From Eledone cirrhosa (Eukaryota), in the NCBI GenBank assembly GCA_964016885.1, contig OZ024741.1, positions 289,602,001 through 289,666,000 of the forward strand: a stretch of DNA of 64,000 nucleotides, read 5' to 3'. Position numbers and translations under genes: made by a program. Under the pieces are notes generated by a model. The model did no database searches. It saw only the letters and a list, made by a program, of their open reading frames with translations, and was not told the origin of the DNA. Positions 13,757 through 28,189 of this stretch are shown in pieces (within the stretch, counting starts at the first letter, position 1; every line of letters begins with the position of its first letter).

Positions 13757-15462
13757 TAATTGTTTCTACTTTTGGCACAAGGCCAGCAATTACCCAGTAC
13801 ATTACTGGTACTTTATTTTATCGACCCCATCAGGCTGAAAGGCAAAGTTAACCTCGGCGGGATTTGAACTCTGACCGTAAAGGGCCGTAACCCTGTGTAG
13901 TACAGCATGGCATGCGACCCTCTACCTATACTACCAATCCACATAATAATGGTTTCTTATATAGGCACAAGGCCAGCAATTTTGGGGAAGGGGAAATTCG
14001 ATAAAATCGACTCCAGTGCGTGACTGGTACTTTATTTTATCGACCCCGTAAGAATGAAAGGCAAAGTTAACCTCGGCGGGATTTGAACTCAGATCATAAA
14101 GGGCCGTAACTCTATGCTGCAAAGCATTGTCTCCAACTCTCTACCGATACTGCCAATCCACCGCTCTCCACTTAATAATTGTTTCTACTTTTGGCACAAG
14201 GCCAGCAAATACCAGTACATTACTGGTACTTTATTTTATCGACCCCGTAAGGATGAAAGGCAAAGTTAACCTCGGCGGGATTTGAACTCAGAATGTAAAG
14301 GGCCATAACTCTATGCTGTAAAGCATGGTGTCTGACGCTCTACCGATAGTGCCAATTCACCGCCCTATAATAATAATAATAATGATTTCTACTATACGCA
14401 CAAGACCAGTAATTTGGGAGGAGTGGAAAATAGATTAAATCGATCCCAGTACGTTACTGGTGTTATGTTTTATCAACCCAGTAAGGATGTAAAGCAAAGC
14501 TAACTTCGACGGGATTTGAACTCAGAACGTAAAAAAACCGTAACTATATGCCGCAAAGCATTTTGTCCGACTTGCGGTGTAAAGACTCTAGCAACGGCAG
14601 TGTCTTTACACGGTGTAAAGACTCTAGCAACGGCAGTGTCTTTACACGGTGTAAAGACTCTAGCAACGGCAGTGTCTTTACACGGTGTAAAGACTCTAGC
14701 AACGGCAGTGTCTTTACACGGTGTAAAGACTCTAGCAACGGCAGTGTCTTTACACGGTGTAAAGACTCTAGCAACGGTAGTGTCTTTACATGGTCGGATA
14801 CATTCTTAGCAATATTTATTCCGGCTCTTTACGTTCCTGGCTGAGAACCAACGAAATCATATTTGCCTTTCTTCATTTCGAGGTCGATAGAATAAAGTAC
14901 TATTTAAGTACTGGGAGTAATTTACTTGACTTTCCCCTACATTTAAACTTGCTGGTTTGTGCCAACATTAGAAACGATAATTATTATTGTTGTTATTTTT
15001 CTTGTTATTATTATTGGCAGTAATTGGGGCAGTGGATTGGCAGTATCGGTAGAGCCTCGGACACCCTGCTTAGCAGCATAGAGTTATAGCCCTTTCCGTT
15101 CTGTGTTCTAATCCCGCCATGGTTAGCTTTGCCTTTCATCCTTATGGGGTCGATAAAATAAAGCACCAGTAATGCACTGGGGTGGATTTGATAAACTTTC
15201 CCCTCCACCCAAATTGCTGGCCTTGTGCCTAAATCAGATATCATTATTATTGGCAGTAATCAGTAGAGCGTCCGACAGCAAGCTTTGGGGCATAGATTTC
15301 CGTCCCTTTGCGTTCTGAGTTCGAATGCCACCGATGTCAGCTTTTCGTTTCATCCTTTAAGAATCTACTAAATAAAAAGTACCATTAATGTACTGGGGTC
15401 GATTTAACCGACTTTCTCCTTCGGAAATTGTTGGCCTTGTGCCTAAATCAGAAATCATTATT
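13757..15462. mobile_element. Cluster of seven tRNA-like SINE copies: four on minus (13757-14572), three on plus (14793-15462)
   Basis: Shared GGCAGTATCGGTAGAG head, B-box-like GAGTTCAAATCCC, body AACTTTGCCTTTCATCCTTACGGGGTCGATAAAATAAAGTACCAG, and (ATT)n tail. Confidence 0.85.
14575..14790. repeat. Six tandem 36-bp hairpin-forming units
   Basis: CGGTGTAAAGACTCTAGCAACGGCAGTGTCTTTACA x6, one substitution in the last unit. Internal inverted repeat TGTAAAGAC/GTCTTTACA. Confidence 0.95.
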
Positions 15463-16099
15463 TTACGGTCCTTTAAAGGGCAGGTTGCATGTCAGTTACT
15501 ACCAGGCATGAACAGACGGGCAGACTTCAAAAATATACTGTGAAATGTAATGTTAAATACATTGAGTCATATTCATTTCTTAATATCTTTCATGATTATC
15601 AAGTTATTATATCAAGACAGTGACGTCATTCAGAAAACAGATTATCGATTTCTAGTTAACCCCCACCCACAAACACACCCTAACACATACAAACACAACA
15701 CACCACACAAAATAACACATTGACGTATTAGTAAATATGCATATGACTATTACATGCATATGCATACATACTTATTTGCATACATGTATATCTACATCAA
15801 TATATTCATTCATGCATACATGCAAACTTACACGCATTAATACATACATATATATGTATTCCTGCATGCACACATATATACATATATGCATGCATACATG
15901 CATACATACATACATACATACATACATACATACATACATACATACATACATACATACATACTTACATACATACATACATAGATCGTACATAGGTAGAAAC
16001 GTGGCTCCAAAGTTGGAGTAATATAGATAACCTTAGTATTTTATCTTGGCCCAACAACAGAAATATTTGCTTTCACATTGAATGTTATGGTTTTGCAAT

Positions 16100-16470
16100 C
16101 CATCAAAAGGAAATAACGAAATATATGAAGCACCAGAGAAATACAGATGCAACCAAATACCTAGATGTGACAATCAATGTAGACTCTGTAAAATACCATC
16201 AAAGATGTCACATCATAAACCGCTGTTTGAAGACACAATTACGATTATCGACCTGTTAGGCATGATGTAGTGGTCAAAGCGCTACAATGCAGTCTGTTGA
16301 AAGCATACGCATACGTGGTATTAAAGAAATCTTGAGGAATGTTCCAGTCAAAACACCAAGAAAATATAAACTTAATAGACCAGCCATAATGACATGAGAC
16401 AGAGAAAAGAATGCATGTAGAATTGTAGAAATCAACTTCCCAGCAGATGTGAATCTAGTATTTAACAACA
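16100..16470 (+). pseudogene. Decayed C-terminus (CCHC plus restriction-like endonuclease) of an R4/Dong-like non-LTR element
   Basis: DNQCRLCK, RHDVVVKAL, NRPAIMT*DREKNACRIVEINFPADVN across frames. Confidence 0.65.
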
Positions 16471-17537
16471 AAAGGTAAAATCAAACACCACCCGCATGCT
16501 CTGACAATACTCCAGCTTAAGACACAGAAGCACCGGTGACTGGGGAACCGTGACTTCTCTCGCCTATACTGCATCTCTCGAGTTGACGAAACTCTGGATG
16601 TGGCGGTATTTAATTGGCGCACATTCACGTGACAACACAATAGCTGCAGCAAAAGATCCGATGTCCATATGGTCCTAAGAATGTAGAGTCCTGGCTTGCA
16701 TCAGTTGGAGAGTTGGAATGACAGACAAGAAGATTGCAAATGAGACATCTGTACATCATGTATTGTAATGACAAACGTTTCTGTAACTCGATTGCCATTC
16801 TCTACGTCTCAGTGATTATTATCTGATGGCAAGCCTAAACAAAAGAGAAAGGTGGAATGGTCACGGCTAAAAAATCATGGTTATAGGGTTGCTTGATCCG
16901 AGCTGCTTCTATCTCATATATATACTTAAATGAGACATTTGATCTCCATCGTTGCCAATATCAAGTATTCCAGTTGATTCCAACAGAAAACGTGTTCCTA
17001 AAAGTAACTTGCAAATTGAAAATTTCATAGACAGGTGTAACGATAACGTAGTTCTTAGAAAGATTCAGCCTGACATATGTGTGACAAGGCTGACCCATTG
17101 AATTACACGTACAACACATTTTGTCAGCTGAGAAGATTGGACCAACGCAAAATAAATCTTGCTCAGAGGAACAACGCTCCACCATGAATTGAAATCACAA
17201 CCTTATGATCGGAAAGCCAAACTACCTAACTAAACTGTACACCTTCAAAGTTGCAAATATACCATGTTCCATTCCACACACACATTATTAATGCGTTCAA
17301 AATCACATTTCTATTACACTATCAATCTCTTTCTCTCTCACTCTCTCTTGCTCTCTTTCCTCTCACTCTCTCCTCTCCTTCTTTCCCCCCTCTCTCTAAT
17401 TCTATATCAAATTCTCTTATCTTTTTCGCTGTGTCTCTCTCGCCTCTCTCGCTCTCGTCCCACTCTCTCTAATTCTCTATCAAACTTTCTCACCCTGTTA
17501 GTTGTTTATGTTGTTATTTTCGAATATTCATTATTTA

Positions 17538-17732
17538 AGCGGTGGATTGGCAGTATCGGTAGAGGGTCGGAAGCCATGCTTTGACGTATAGAGTTACGGC
17601 CCTTGCCATTCTGAGTTCAAATCCCGCCGAGGTTAACTTTGCCTTTCATCCTTACGGGAGTCGATAAAATAAAGTACCAGAAATACACTGGATAATTTGC
17701 TGGCCTTGTGCCAAAAGTAGAAACAATTATTT
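17538..17732 (+). mobile_element. SINE copy with target-site duplication ATTATTTAAGC
   Basis: Direct repeat at 17530-17540 and 17726-17736. Confidence 0.85.
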
Positions 17733-18062
17733 AAGCCAACCACCCCCCACCCTCAGCCTGCCACAAAGAAACCAATTCGAAAATACAGGAAACATTACGC
17801 TGACATACAGACAGATAAGCATGCACACAGATACACAGAGATAGAGAGGTAGATAGAGAGAGATAGTTAGATAGATAGATAGATTTTTTTTAGATAGCTA
17901 GATAGATAGAGAGAGAGAGACTAAGCCCTATTAACAGAAACGTAATCAACAGTTTACTGCGTATATACCTAGGCAAGTGTATGGGGATATATATATATAT
18001 ATATATATATACATGAAATCGAAAATGCAACTGGAGTCTTTTTAAGAATATTTATTTGGTTC

Positions 18063-18098
18063 CTTTACCGGTTTCGCAGTTCTTATGCTTTTCAAAAG
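18063..18098 (-). ncRNA. Minimal hammerhead with U3-A8 core variant
   Basis: Minus strand CTT-TTGAAAA-GCA taagaac TGC-GAAA-CCGG-TA-AAG, inside an (AT)n-flanked island (~18012-18140). Confidence 0.65.
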
Positions 18099-18479
18099 TA
18101 GAATTGAGATGGAAGGTTTGTGGTTTTTCTATTTTCTAAAATATATGTATATATATATATATATATATATAAATATATATACATTCTTTTGCACACATAC
18201 ACACACACACACATATATATATATACTTCTTTATGTAGACACTATTCACATATGAATGCATAGAAATCTATGCATACGCATATATATTTATATAAACATA
18301 AACATACATGTTTGAGAACGTGCATTTCTGCGTCTGTGTATGTGTGTTCATGTGTGTGTGTATGTATGTGCATGTGTGTATGTATGTGTCTGTATGTATG
18401 TGTGTGTGCGTGTGTATGAGTGTGTGTCTGTATGAGTGTGTGTGTGTGTGTATGAGTGTGTGTGTGTGTGTGTGTGTAG

Positions 18480-18525
<46 letters not shown>

Positions 18526-18806
18526 TTAAATGATTCCGTTATGTATTTTTTTCTCCTAAATCTATATTTGCCAATAATATTACGAATGATGTGATCTGAA
18601 GTAATGACATTTTCACCCATGATTTACATAATTAGTTAAAATACTACACCTCTATCCCATCTTATACATACACTAAAAAATATACCTCTTATAAAAAATT
18701 CCAAACGCCTAATAAAATATCGCTAAATGTATTAAGAAAGACAAAACAAAGAAGAACATACTTTTTTTTTTTAAATATTGATAGCAACAATAACAGAAAC
18801 ATGAAA

Positions 18807-18874
<68 letters not shown>

Positions 18875-19137
18875 AATATGGCGAAACAACCACCTTAAAT
18901 GCGCGAAATAATGTGCAATTTTTAATCGATAACATATGTATACGTATATAAATAAAATATAAATACACACACACTTGCATGCACACACACACACACACAC
19001 ACACACTCTCACACACACACACTCACACACACACTCACATAGACACACACACATGCACTCACATACACGCACATATACACATACATACATACACACACAT
19101 ATATATATATTTATATAAATACATATATATGTTATAA

Positions 19138-19216
<79 letters not shown>

Positions 19217-19537
19217 ATTATTTACGTTTGAAATCTACATTTAACAATATAGACGTACACTGAAGCAGACATGTCACATCAGTTACTAACATACCACACC
19301 GGGGATGCCTTCATCATAATCGCTTGTCATACTAGAACTCCCTGCCAAATGTCTGTAAATCTACAAATAATATGTCATACCATTACTATATATATATATA
19401 TTGAGTATATGTTGGTTGTTTACCGACACCCTAGTATGCAGATTGGAGCACTCGACGAAGTGCGCAGGTTGGTTTGGTTTCTCCGGACTAATGTAAAATA
19501 AAATAAGTCAAATATTTAAAATTTGGCTTCGTTTATT

Positions 19538-19594
19538 ACTGCTATATATATATTTCGGTGACAGCCATATTTGGCTGTGACCTCTTCAGGCAGT
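19538..19594 (-). ncRNA. Type I hammerhead ribozyme, PLE-type
   Basis: Minus strand ACTGC-CTGAAGA-GGTCACAGCC aaatat GGCTGTCACC-GAAA-TATATATA-TA-GCAGT. 5-bp stem I, ~10-bp stem II, palindromic stem III. Confidence 0.85.
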
Positions 19595-19716
19595 CCGAAT
19601 TGGTGTGGTAGAGATAGGTACACATGTTGTTGAGGTGTTTAACTTCGTCAATACTCTGATATGCCCAGTTCCTGGTTGGGTTGTTATTTCTCTGAGGAAC
19701 TGGAATCATATTATTC

Positions 19717-19872
19717 CACCAGAGTACTCAATACTTAGGGTAGTAGAGTGGGTAATAGGAAAAAGTATGACCCTGACGGCACAGCTCAAGCCGTTTCGAC
19801 GGCTATTTCTGAGTCCAGAAACAGCCGTTGAAACGGCTTGAGCTCTGCCGTCGGGGTCATAATATTTCCTAT
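19717..19872. mobile_element. Palindromic family copy (B), truncated, abutting a hammerhead-bearing island
   Basis: CACCAGAGTACTCAATACTTAGGG...TTCCTAT(AT)n. Confidence 0.85.
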
Positions 19873-19895
19873 ATATATATACATATATATATATA

Positions 19896-20168
19896 TAACG
19901 AAGGAGGTTTGGTAAGGAGCCAGATGGACCATAACGCACCAGAGTACTCAATACTTAGGGTAGTAGAGTGGGTAATAAGAAAATGTTTAACCCCGACGGC
20001 AGAGCTCATGCCGTTTCGACGGCTATTTCTGAGTCCAGAAATAGCCGTTGAAACGGCTTGAGCTCTGCCGTCGGGGTCATACCTTTTCCTATTACCCACT
20101 CTACTACCCTAAGTATTGACAACTCTGGTGCGTTATGGTCCATCTGGTTCCTTCCACAATTCCTTCGT

Positions 20169-20170
<2 letters not shown>
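19896..20170. mobile_element. Complete ~275-bp palindromic element in (TA)n (subfamily B)
   Basis: TAACGAAGGA...TCCTTCGTTA. The whole element is an imperfect inverted repeat centred near 20030. Confidence 0.85.
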
Positions 20171-20239
<69 letters not shown>

Positions 20240-20728
20240 ATCGGACTCCGTCGATTACGATGACGTGAGTTTTAGATTCGTGCATGTGGTTGAGCATTCT
20301 GTGGAGATGTGTACGTTTAAATTAGCAATTTATTTACATTTTACTCAGACGATTTCGGTGTGACAGTGTGATAATGGTGGCTATTTATTTAAGAGGTAGA
20401 AGATATTTCTCCTGTTGTGTTGACTGGAGCAATGTGAAACAAATGTTTGTTTTTTTGTTTTGTTTTTTGCTGAAATCGAACTCATGAACTAACGATCGTG
20501 AGACGAACACAAACAACTGAGCCTCTAACTTTATTTACCTTTACTGAATATCATTGCTCAATATCACATTGAAATTTGATGTTTTTAATTGAAGCAGTTT
20601 CTGTGAATAGCTATAGAATTGTCTGTGTTTCTTAGTTAATCGGAAGAGATGTTGTTGTTGGCTTATGGCGGTAAAACGTTAATAGATGGCTGCTATATAT
20701 ATATATATATAACTTTAATAGATGGCTA

Positions 20729-20764
<36 letters not shown>

Positions 20765-20927
20765 CGTTTAGCGTGAGAAGGTTATTATAACTTTAGCATT
20801 AAAAGAAAATGCATAGAGAAAAACCGTTGCTTGAGACGAACAGCCAACTGCGATATTGTCAGTAGGTGTCTAACGATATGCATTTGTTTTTTTATCTTAT
20901 GTAGTTGTTTTTCTGTGTGTATTTTTT

Positions 20928-20977
<50 letters not shown>

Positions 20978-21239
20978 ATATATTTATATGTATATCAGCT
21001 ACTGTTCTATCATCAAACTTCTCTAAAGTCCCTATCAATCCAATCATTTATCTATATACCACCCACCTCAGACAACCTGATCGTTAGTTTATCTGTCATA
21101 CAACTTAATCATCGTAGGTTTCTTAACCAAGCTACTTAAATACACATACATACATACATATATACATATATACATATATATGTAAATACATACATACATG
21201 CATACTTTACATACATATACATATATATATATATATATA

Positions 21240-21637
21240 TGGTGGCTGCCAACTCGTTTTCGAGTACGGCCACTACTTTATATCCATGTAGGAGAACTCC
21301 TACCGATGCGCTGAACGAATGTGACCTTAGTCCAGCCAGCGACTTGAAAACTCTGGTACAAACACTACACTTGTGACAATTATTGACACATAGTGCTGGG
21401 CCCATGGTACCATGTGACGACAAGTGCAGAGAGATCTCCAGATATAAAGCAATGCCTGTGCCGTGAAGCTTTTATAGTGAGCAAAGGCACTACACAAAGC
21501 CAGTCCCACTCTCTTAACCAAGATGATATTTACCAAAAAGAAGAACAAGTCAACATCATTGGATACCATCAGAGTTGCAGGTGTTATATCAGAGTTTTCC
21601 TTCTCCTAGAATTCTGCCTTGACAAAGGCTAAGGGGT
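21240..21637 (-). mobile_element. 5'-truncated near-identical copy of the RTE-derived element
   Basis: Reverse complement of 41994-42392 with few differences. Confidence 0.8.
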
Positions 21638-22720
21638 CATCTCTCCCGGAATATACATACATACATACATATGTACGTACATACATACACACCAGCATAC
21701 ATAAAAGACCCTCTTTCGTCACGAATGATCATCAGATCATTTATAAAGTTCGCTTCTGAGCCAGATGTTTGGGCAATGTTTTTTGTGGAAAACCGACAAT
21801 CACCCATGCAAACAGGTCTTCCCTCTCCACAACACTGGTGTTGTCCAAGGGAAAGGCAATGGCCGATTCAGCTTGGCACCAGTGACGTCGCAACTCGTTT
21901 CGATAGCTGAGCAGATACCTACCTACATACATACATACATACATAAATACATACATACATACATACATGCATACATACATACATACATAAATACATACAT
22001 ACATACATACATGCATACATACATACATACATACATACATACATACATACATACATACATACATACATACATACATACATACATACATACACACACACAT
22101 GCATACATACTTACGTATGTACGTATATAAATATATATATTGACCTGTATCTGTTTATCTGCCTGACTTTCAGACCCCTCGCCCCCCAATCTCTCGTTTC
22201 CTAATTAATTACATTATATCTTATAAACCCTAACTTCCCTTTCTATAGATCATACATACACGTTTCCTTTCATACCGCCATGAACAGACTTTATTTTGTG
22301 AAATCTGTTATCAAACCTCTCGGACACATGTTCGAGTCCCTTAAACAAATGAGTGACGTCATGGCCATTATCTATCTACTTTGATTAACGAATGAATATA
22401 TTTAATTGAAGAAATACTGGACTAATCGAATTATAGTAACCTGGTGATCTTTGATGTGTTGTATTTGGGATCAAATTTCGCTGGTCGCTAGCCCTATTTG
22501 ACCCTAAGTAAATGTTGAAAGCAGGAACTTAAAAGTGTTGGATCAAACATAGTTTTAGCACTTGATTACGCCACTTTCCATTCTGAGTTTAAATACTCAA
22601 GTAAAAAGGATCGATAAAACAATCAACAGCTATTAATTACGGGTGATGTTTAGCCATCCGTCAATTATAATCCATCAGACATTTGATCAATGGCAGTTTA
22701 GCTGATGTCATCAAATATCC

Positions 22721-22840
<120 letters not shown>

Positions 22841-23057
22841 TCAATCACATAAATTTTCAATCACATATATTTTTATTTGTTTGACCCGAATTACTTGGTC
22901 GTTTTTATGGTTGCGCGGATGATTGTTTAACCATCGTCTCAGTGTGTTTGGCCTTTAACGTATGTTGTAGCTCTGGTTCATCTGAATCATTGAGCGCTTG
23001 CCACACATCTCGGAAGTTGTTTTCGTTAATTCCTAAGCCGAAATACGATTCTCGTTA

Positions 23058-23139
<82 letters not shown>

Positions 23140-23312
23140 TGACACCCCGTCTAATATAATATAGGAAATATCTTAAGGGACCCACGTTGCGGAGTGCTTA
23201 CGTCTGATTACTATCAACCAACACATTTTACTGGAATTATATATATATATATATAATGCACACACACACACACACACACATTTTACTGGGATTATATATA
23301 TATATATATAAT

Positions 23313-23401
<89 letters not shown>

Positions 23402-23967
23402 TTGCATCTAGATCCTCACTAATACATGCTACACGTTTTAAGAAAGGTTTGATTTCAGAGAGATTTAGTTGCTATTTTCAGCAGGCTGACTGGTTTCATA
23501 TTGTCTATCGCTCCTTCCCTTCGTTTCGTTGCTTACTTCCTTTTTTCTTACTCTTTTTCTTATTAACCTTTCTTTTCTTGCCATGCATATTTTACAATGT
23601 TTTTTTATTACAGGATATTTTGTATTGTAATAAATTGTACTTGTTAGGCAAGAATTAAGGACTGTTACCCAGAAATAAAAATTATCTGTTAAAACACCAT
23701 CAAAATGAAAATAGATGACAATATATATAATTTCGAAACTAGACACAAGATTACAAAACCTATATAAACTGACCACACAAGATAGAAATAAAGGGTCATG
23801 ACTACGATACCACCATTCCACATCCTCAAATGATACTTTATTTATCTCGAAACAATAAAAGCCCTAGTTGGTTTCGGCGAGATTTGTAGTCATAACATAA
23901 ATAACTGTAAATAGCGCAAGTTCTGGCGTTCTAAAGATTCTTTCTAATTAGCGTATTAATAATAAAT

Positions 23968-24141
23968 AATAATTTCTACTTTTGGCACAAGGCCAGCAAT
24001 TACCCAGTGCATTACTCGTGCTTTATTTTATCGACCCCGTAAAGGCAAAGTTAACCTCAGCGGGATTTGAACTCAGACCGTAAAGGGACGTAACTCTATG
24101 CTGAAAAGCATGGCGTCCGACCTTCTACCTATACTGCCAAT
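23968..24141 (-). mobile_element. SINE copy
   Basis: Reverse complement of the family consensus. Confidence 0.8.
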
Positions 24142-24325
24142 ATAATAATATATAAAAGACCACCATGAAGTTATGTGTGAAGAGATCTTTAATTATATCA
24201 GATCAAGCAGTAAATGTGAAACAGTTTACAGATGGTTTCAGTGATGTTTTAGAATATTAAAGTATGATAGATAATATATTAAGTATGGTGTAATTAAATA
24301 GCTAACACGTTTGTGTTCTATCTAT

Positions 24326-24344
24326 CTGTGGCAAATAAAGAAAC
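24326..24344 (+). mobile_element. Ultra-short 3'-terminal stub of the Tx1-type LINE inside (TATC)n
   Basis: CTGTGGCAAATAAAGAAAC matches the family's 3' terminus and has TATC repeats on both sides. Confidence 0.65.
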
Positions 24345-24345
24345 A

Positions 24346-24435
<90 letters not shown>

Positions 24436-24445
24436 CCTGTCTATA

Positions 24446-24478
<33 letters not shown>

Positions 24479-24859
24479 CTATTTATATAACAAACACATG
24501 CACACGCATATATTCACACACACACATACATAGACATACATACATACATACATACCTACATACATACATACATACATTAATGGAACAGTAAAAATATGTA
24601 AAACATTCCAAATATTCTGCATCTAATAACTGCATGTACACATGTACAGATTCAAAGCATATGCACATGCGCACATATAACCCAAAACATACACATCCAC
24701 ACATACATTAACATCCATACCTGCACACACATGCATGCATACAGACATACATACGTATATACCTAGTTGATGTTGTGTAAATTCCAATGAGAGAGTCTTG
24801 TGTTAGAAACCGACTCTCTCTCTATTGGTAAACATTTATAAAATTATAAAACCAGAAGA

Positions 24860-25290
24860 ACGTACATACATCACTGTCTGAAATAAACATTGAGTATGTC
24901 ACCGACATCAGACGCGACTGTCCGAAGATGTCATCACTGTCCTATTTACCTATAATGCATGATGTTGTGGCCCACATACTATACAATACAATCTATGTAA
25001 ACGATAAAAAGTTGCAGCATATGCAATATGCATACTGAATGTAAATTATTACTGGTAGAATTTTCCAGTCAAAACTTATATAAAATGTCAATATAACAAA
25101 CCAGACAGTCATATTGGACAGAGAAGAGGACATTCACAGTAGTGGATGTCATCTGCCGAGAAGATTGTGTTAAAGATTAGGGAAAAGGAGAATATTTATA
25201 TCGTGAGTAACCTGCAGATAAGACATCATGATTACAGCTTTAGATTTATTTCTACGAGTGATCATAGGTGTACTTGGATATGTTACAAAA
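24860..25290 (+). pseudogene. Second decayed R4/Dong-like endonuclease fragment
   Basis: IEYVTDIRRDCPKMSSLSYLPIMHDVVAHILYN, YNKPD, LQIRHHDYSFRFI, IGVLGYV. Confidence 0.62.
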
Positions 25291-25619
25291 ATCGAGTGGC
25301 TGTTCTTAAAACGACCCCCCAAAAGTACTGTTCATTAGGAAATTGCAAGTAGAGTCCATTAGAGTACTGTAAAAATATGTAAATATTCCAGAAATTTAGT
25401 ATTTAATAACTGCCTGTATACATCTAAATATAGCAACATTTGTATATGTGAACATATAACTCAAAAAATATAAATCAACACGTACAATATCATCCATACA
25501 TACACACATTCACAGAAACACATACTGACACGCATACGAACATATATACATGTTTACATACACATATACGTACTCTCAGCCACTAATTAATTTCAGAAGC
25601 AGATCCAAGAACACACATG

Positions 25620-25756
<137 letters not shown>

Positions 25757-26061
25757 CCAGGGAGTGTAACGTGAATTTACTGTAGGTTTACCTAGGTGAG
25801 CACTGGAATGTTTAGGTTCACGTCTGTAGCCAGGTGTAGAGCTAGACAGGGTGTATATATAATACAAGGATGAGTTGTTAAGCCTTCATCACGTTTATTG
25901 ATTGGTAACGCGCGTTTCGCTATTGATCAGCTCAAGGTTCAATCTGTATCGATGTGGCCCAACTCTGGAATCAAAAGCTCGTCGAACAACCTAACTCTAA
26001 AGTATATCCTTGATAAGATAGATAGATAGATATAGATATATAGAGAATCAGATATAGCAGT

Positions 26062-26139
<78 letters not shown>

Positions 26140-26419
26140 GAGTATATATATTTAAACATGCATACATAGGTTTATCAATCTTCCCTAATCATCCACTGTA
26201 GATTAATAACCATCATTGGTGAACATCAAGTACCTGTCAAGTGAGATAAATATATAATTGATATGACTCGGCTACATGTATTGAATCACAACACCAGTAA
26301 ATGTTTGTTGTTATTTATGTACCTATAAATCTATAGCCGAAAATAAATACATATATATATATACTTGCACACACATGCACACAAACACACACGCACACTC
26401 TCTCTCTCTTTCTCTCTGT

Positions 26420-26513
<94 letters not shown>

Positions 26514-26725
26514 CGAAGAAGATAGACGTGTTTTTGTTTCGCTCCTGCATTTTGTCGGAATTTATTACGAGAAGCGGTAGGTTTGTTTAAGCTACTTGTT
26601 ATTTGTTGTGTTTAACCCTCGCATGGGCCTGCAGACGTTGGGTAAAATAAATTTCGCCCGTTTTTATAGTTATAAGTTATCGATAAAAAGTCGTTTAGTG
26701 ACAATGAACGCCATTAACACGACGC

Positions 26726-27920
26726 ATGCCCCCCCCCCCGGAAAGTGATAGAGAGAAGGTAACAGCACAACACTGTAAACCTTCCCTCCACACTCCCACA
26801 AAAGACACCACGGAATCAAAAGAAAAACTTGTGGAAATTGGTGAAAACCCCAAAAGTAACAATTACACAAACAAGAACAACAATGACAATAACAACACAA
26901 CCAACAACAGCAATAATGACAACATCAACAAAGGAAAAAAAGCAAGCCAACACGAATAACAACAACAACAACAATGATAACAACACGAAAGAAAACGGAC
27001 CCACAGCTGCAGTCTCCTTCGCACAGGCGGTCCGAGAAACGCAGACATACAAGGCACTGGACATCTCGAATGCCAAGAAATTGCTGAAAGAAGCAAGGAA
27101 TTGTGTAAGTTTCAGGGAAGGTGGGGAATTCACAATTACCTCCCCCGAAGAAATTAGAAGGGACACAGTCCTCAGGACCGTAATTTTTAGGACAGTTTCG
27201 AACGCGACTAGGAAACCGGCTCAATTGTCCCAAAGCGAAATTGAGTTGGTCCTAAGTAGTGCCTGGAAGGATATCGCTTTCATACAGAAAGGGAAACTGT
27301 ATGGAAGCATATATGTTTTAATGCAAGATGAATTGGCGGCACTGAAATATTCTGTGTCGCCAATTGTATCCAAAGCATACACCTTTCCCCCCACATATTT
27401 GGGGAAAAGAACTCAAAAGATAAGAATCTCGGGCATCAGGCCAAATGTGAGCATTTGGTGGGTGTTAACAGGATTCTTAGAAGATGAGGACATAATTCTT
27501 TCGATAGACGAATCCACCGGGGGCGTATTCGTCGGCAATAGCCTTGAAGTTCTGGTCCAAATGAGACCAGAACGGATAGCAAGAATACCGCAGCGTGTGT
27601 CCCTGGATGGAGTCGCCTTCATAAACATTTCTGTTGAGGGCAGGCGGCCTTCATGCTACCACTGTTCAAGAAGTGGTCACCTGAGGGCTTCCTGTCCCCT
27701 TTTAAATGCCCCCCCCCAAGACTCTTCTGCCCACCCCACACACTACAACACAACCACCACCACCACCACCACCACAACCACAACAACACGAAAAAAAAAA
27801 ACACAAGACACTGTCCCACCCAACCCCTCCCCATCTAAAACAAATACAAAAGCAACCACAACAAAATCCCAAAATATACTCCTCCCACAGACGAGGACCC
27901 TTATGAACGTCACCCAGTGA
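26726..27920 (+). pseudogene. LINE ORF1, gag-like nucleic-acid-binding protein, frameshifted
   Basis: Zinc knuckle CYHCSRSGHLRASC preceded by ISVEGRRP, typical of Tx1/L1 ORF1. The N-terminal ORF 26726-26959 appears to join ORF 26829-27920 through a frameshift in the A-run near 26935-26941. Confidence 0.8.
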
Positions 27921-28189
27921 CGACGAGGGAGAACGCTTTCAACCGGTAAAAAGAAAGAAAAGGCACCACATCAACAAAAATACAACAAACACACAGCCAC
28001 CAGCACAAACAGAACAAACATCACAAGCAAAAACACCCACCCCTCCCGAAAACATAACACATACTACAAAACGCAAACACACACAAGAACAACAAACAAC
28101 AACAAACACAACACAACAAAAACAGTATACATACATCAACACAAACAACAAAACACTTGTGCAAACAATAGACAAAGACCCTTCGGGAA

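Noticed and set aside
14575-14790. CRISPR array (36-bp palindromic repeats)
   Set aside because: Units are directly adjacent with no spacers, no cas genes, eukaryotic context.
21700-21742. Minus-strand CTGATGA-TCATTCGTGAC-GAAA-GAGGGTC-TT
   Set aside because: Core-like, but stem II is out of register and stem I does not pair. Not counted.
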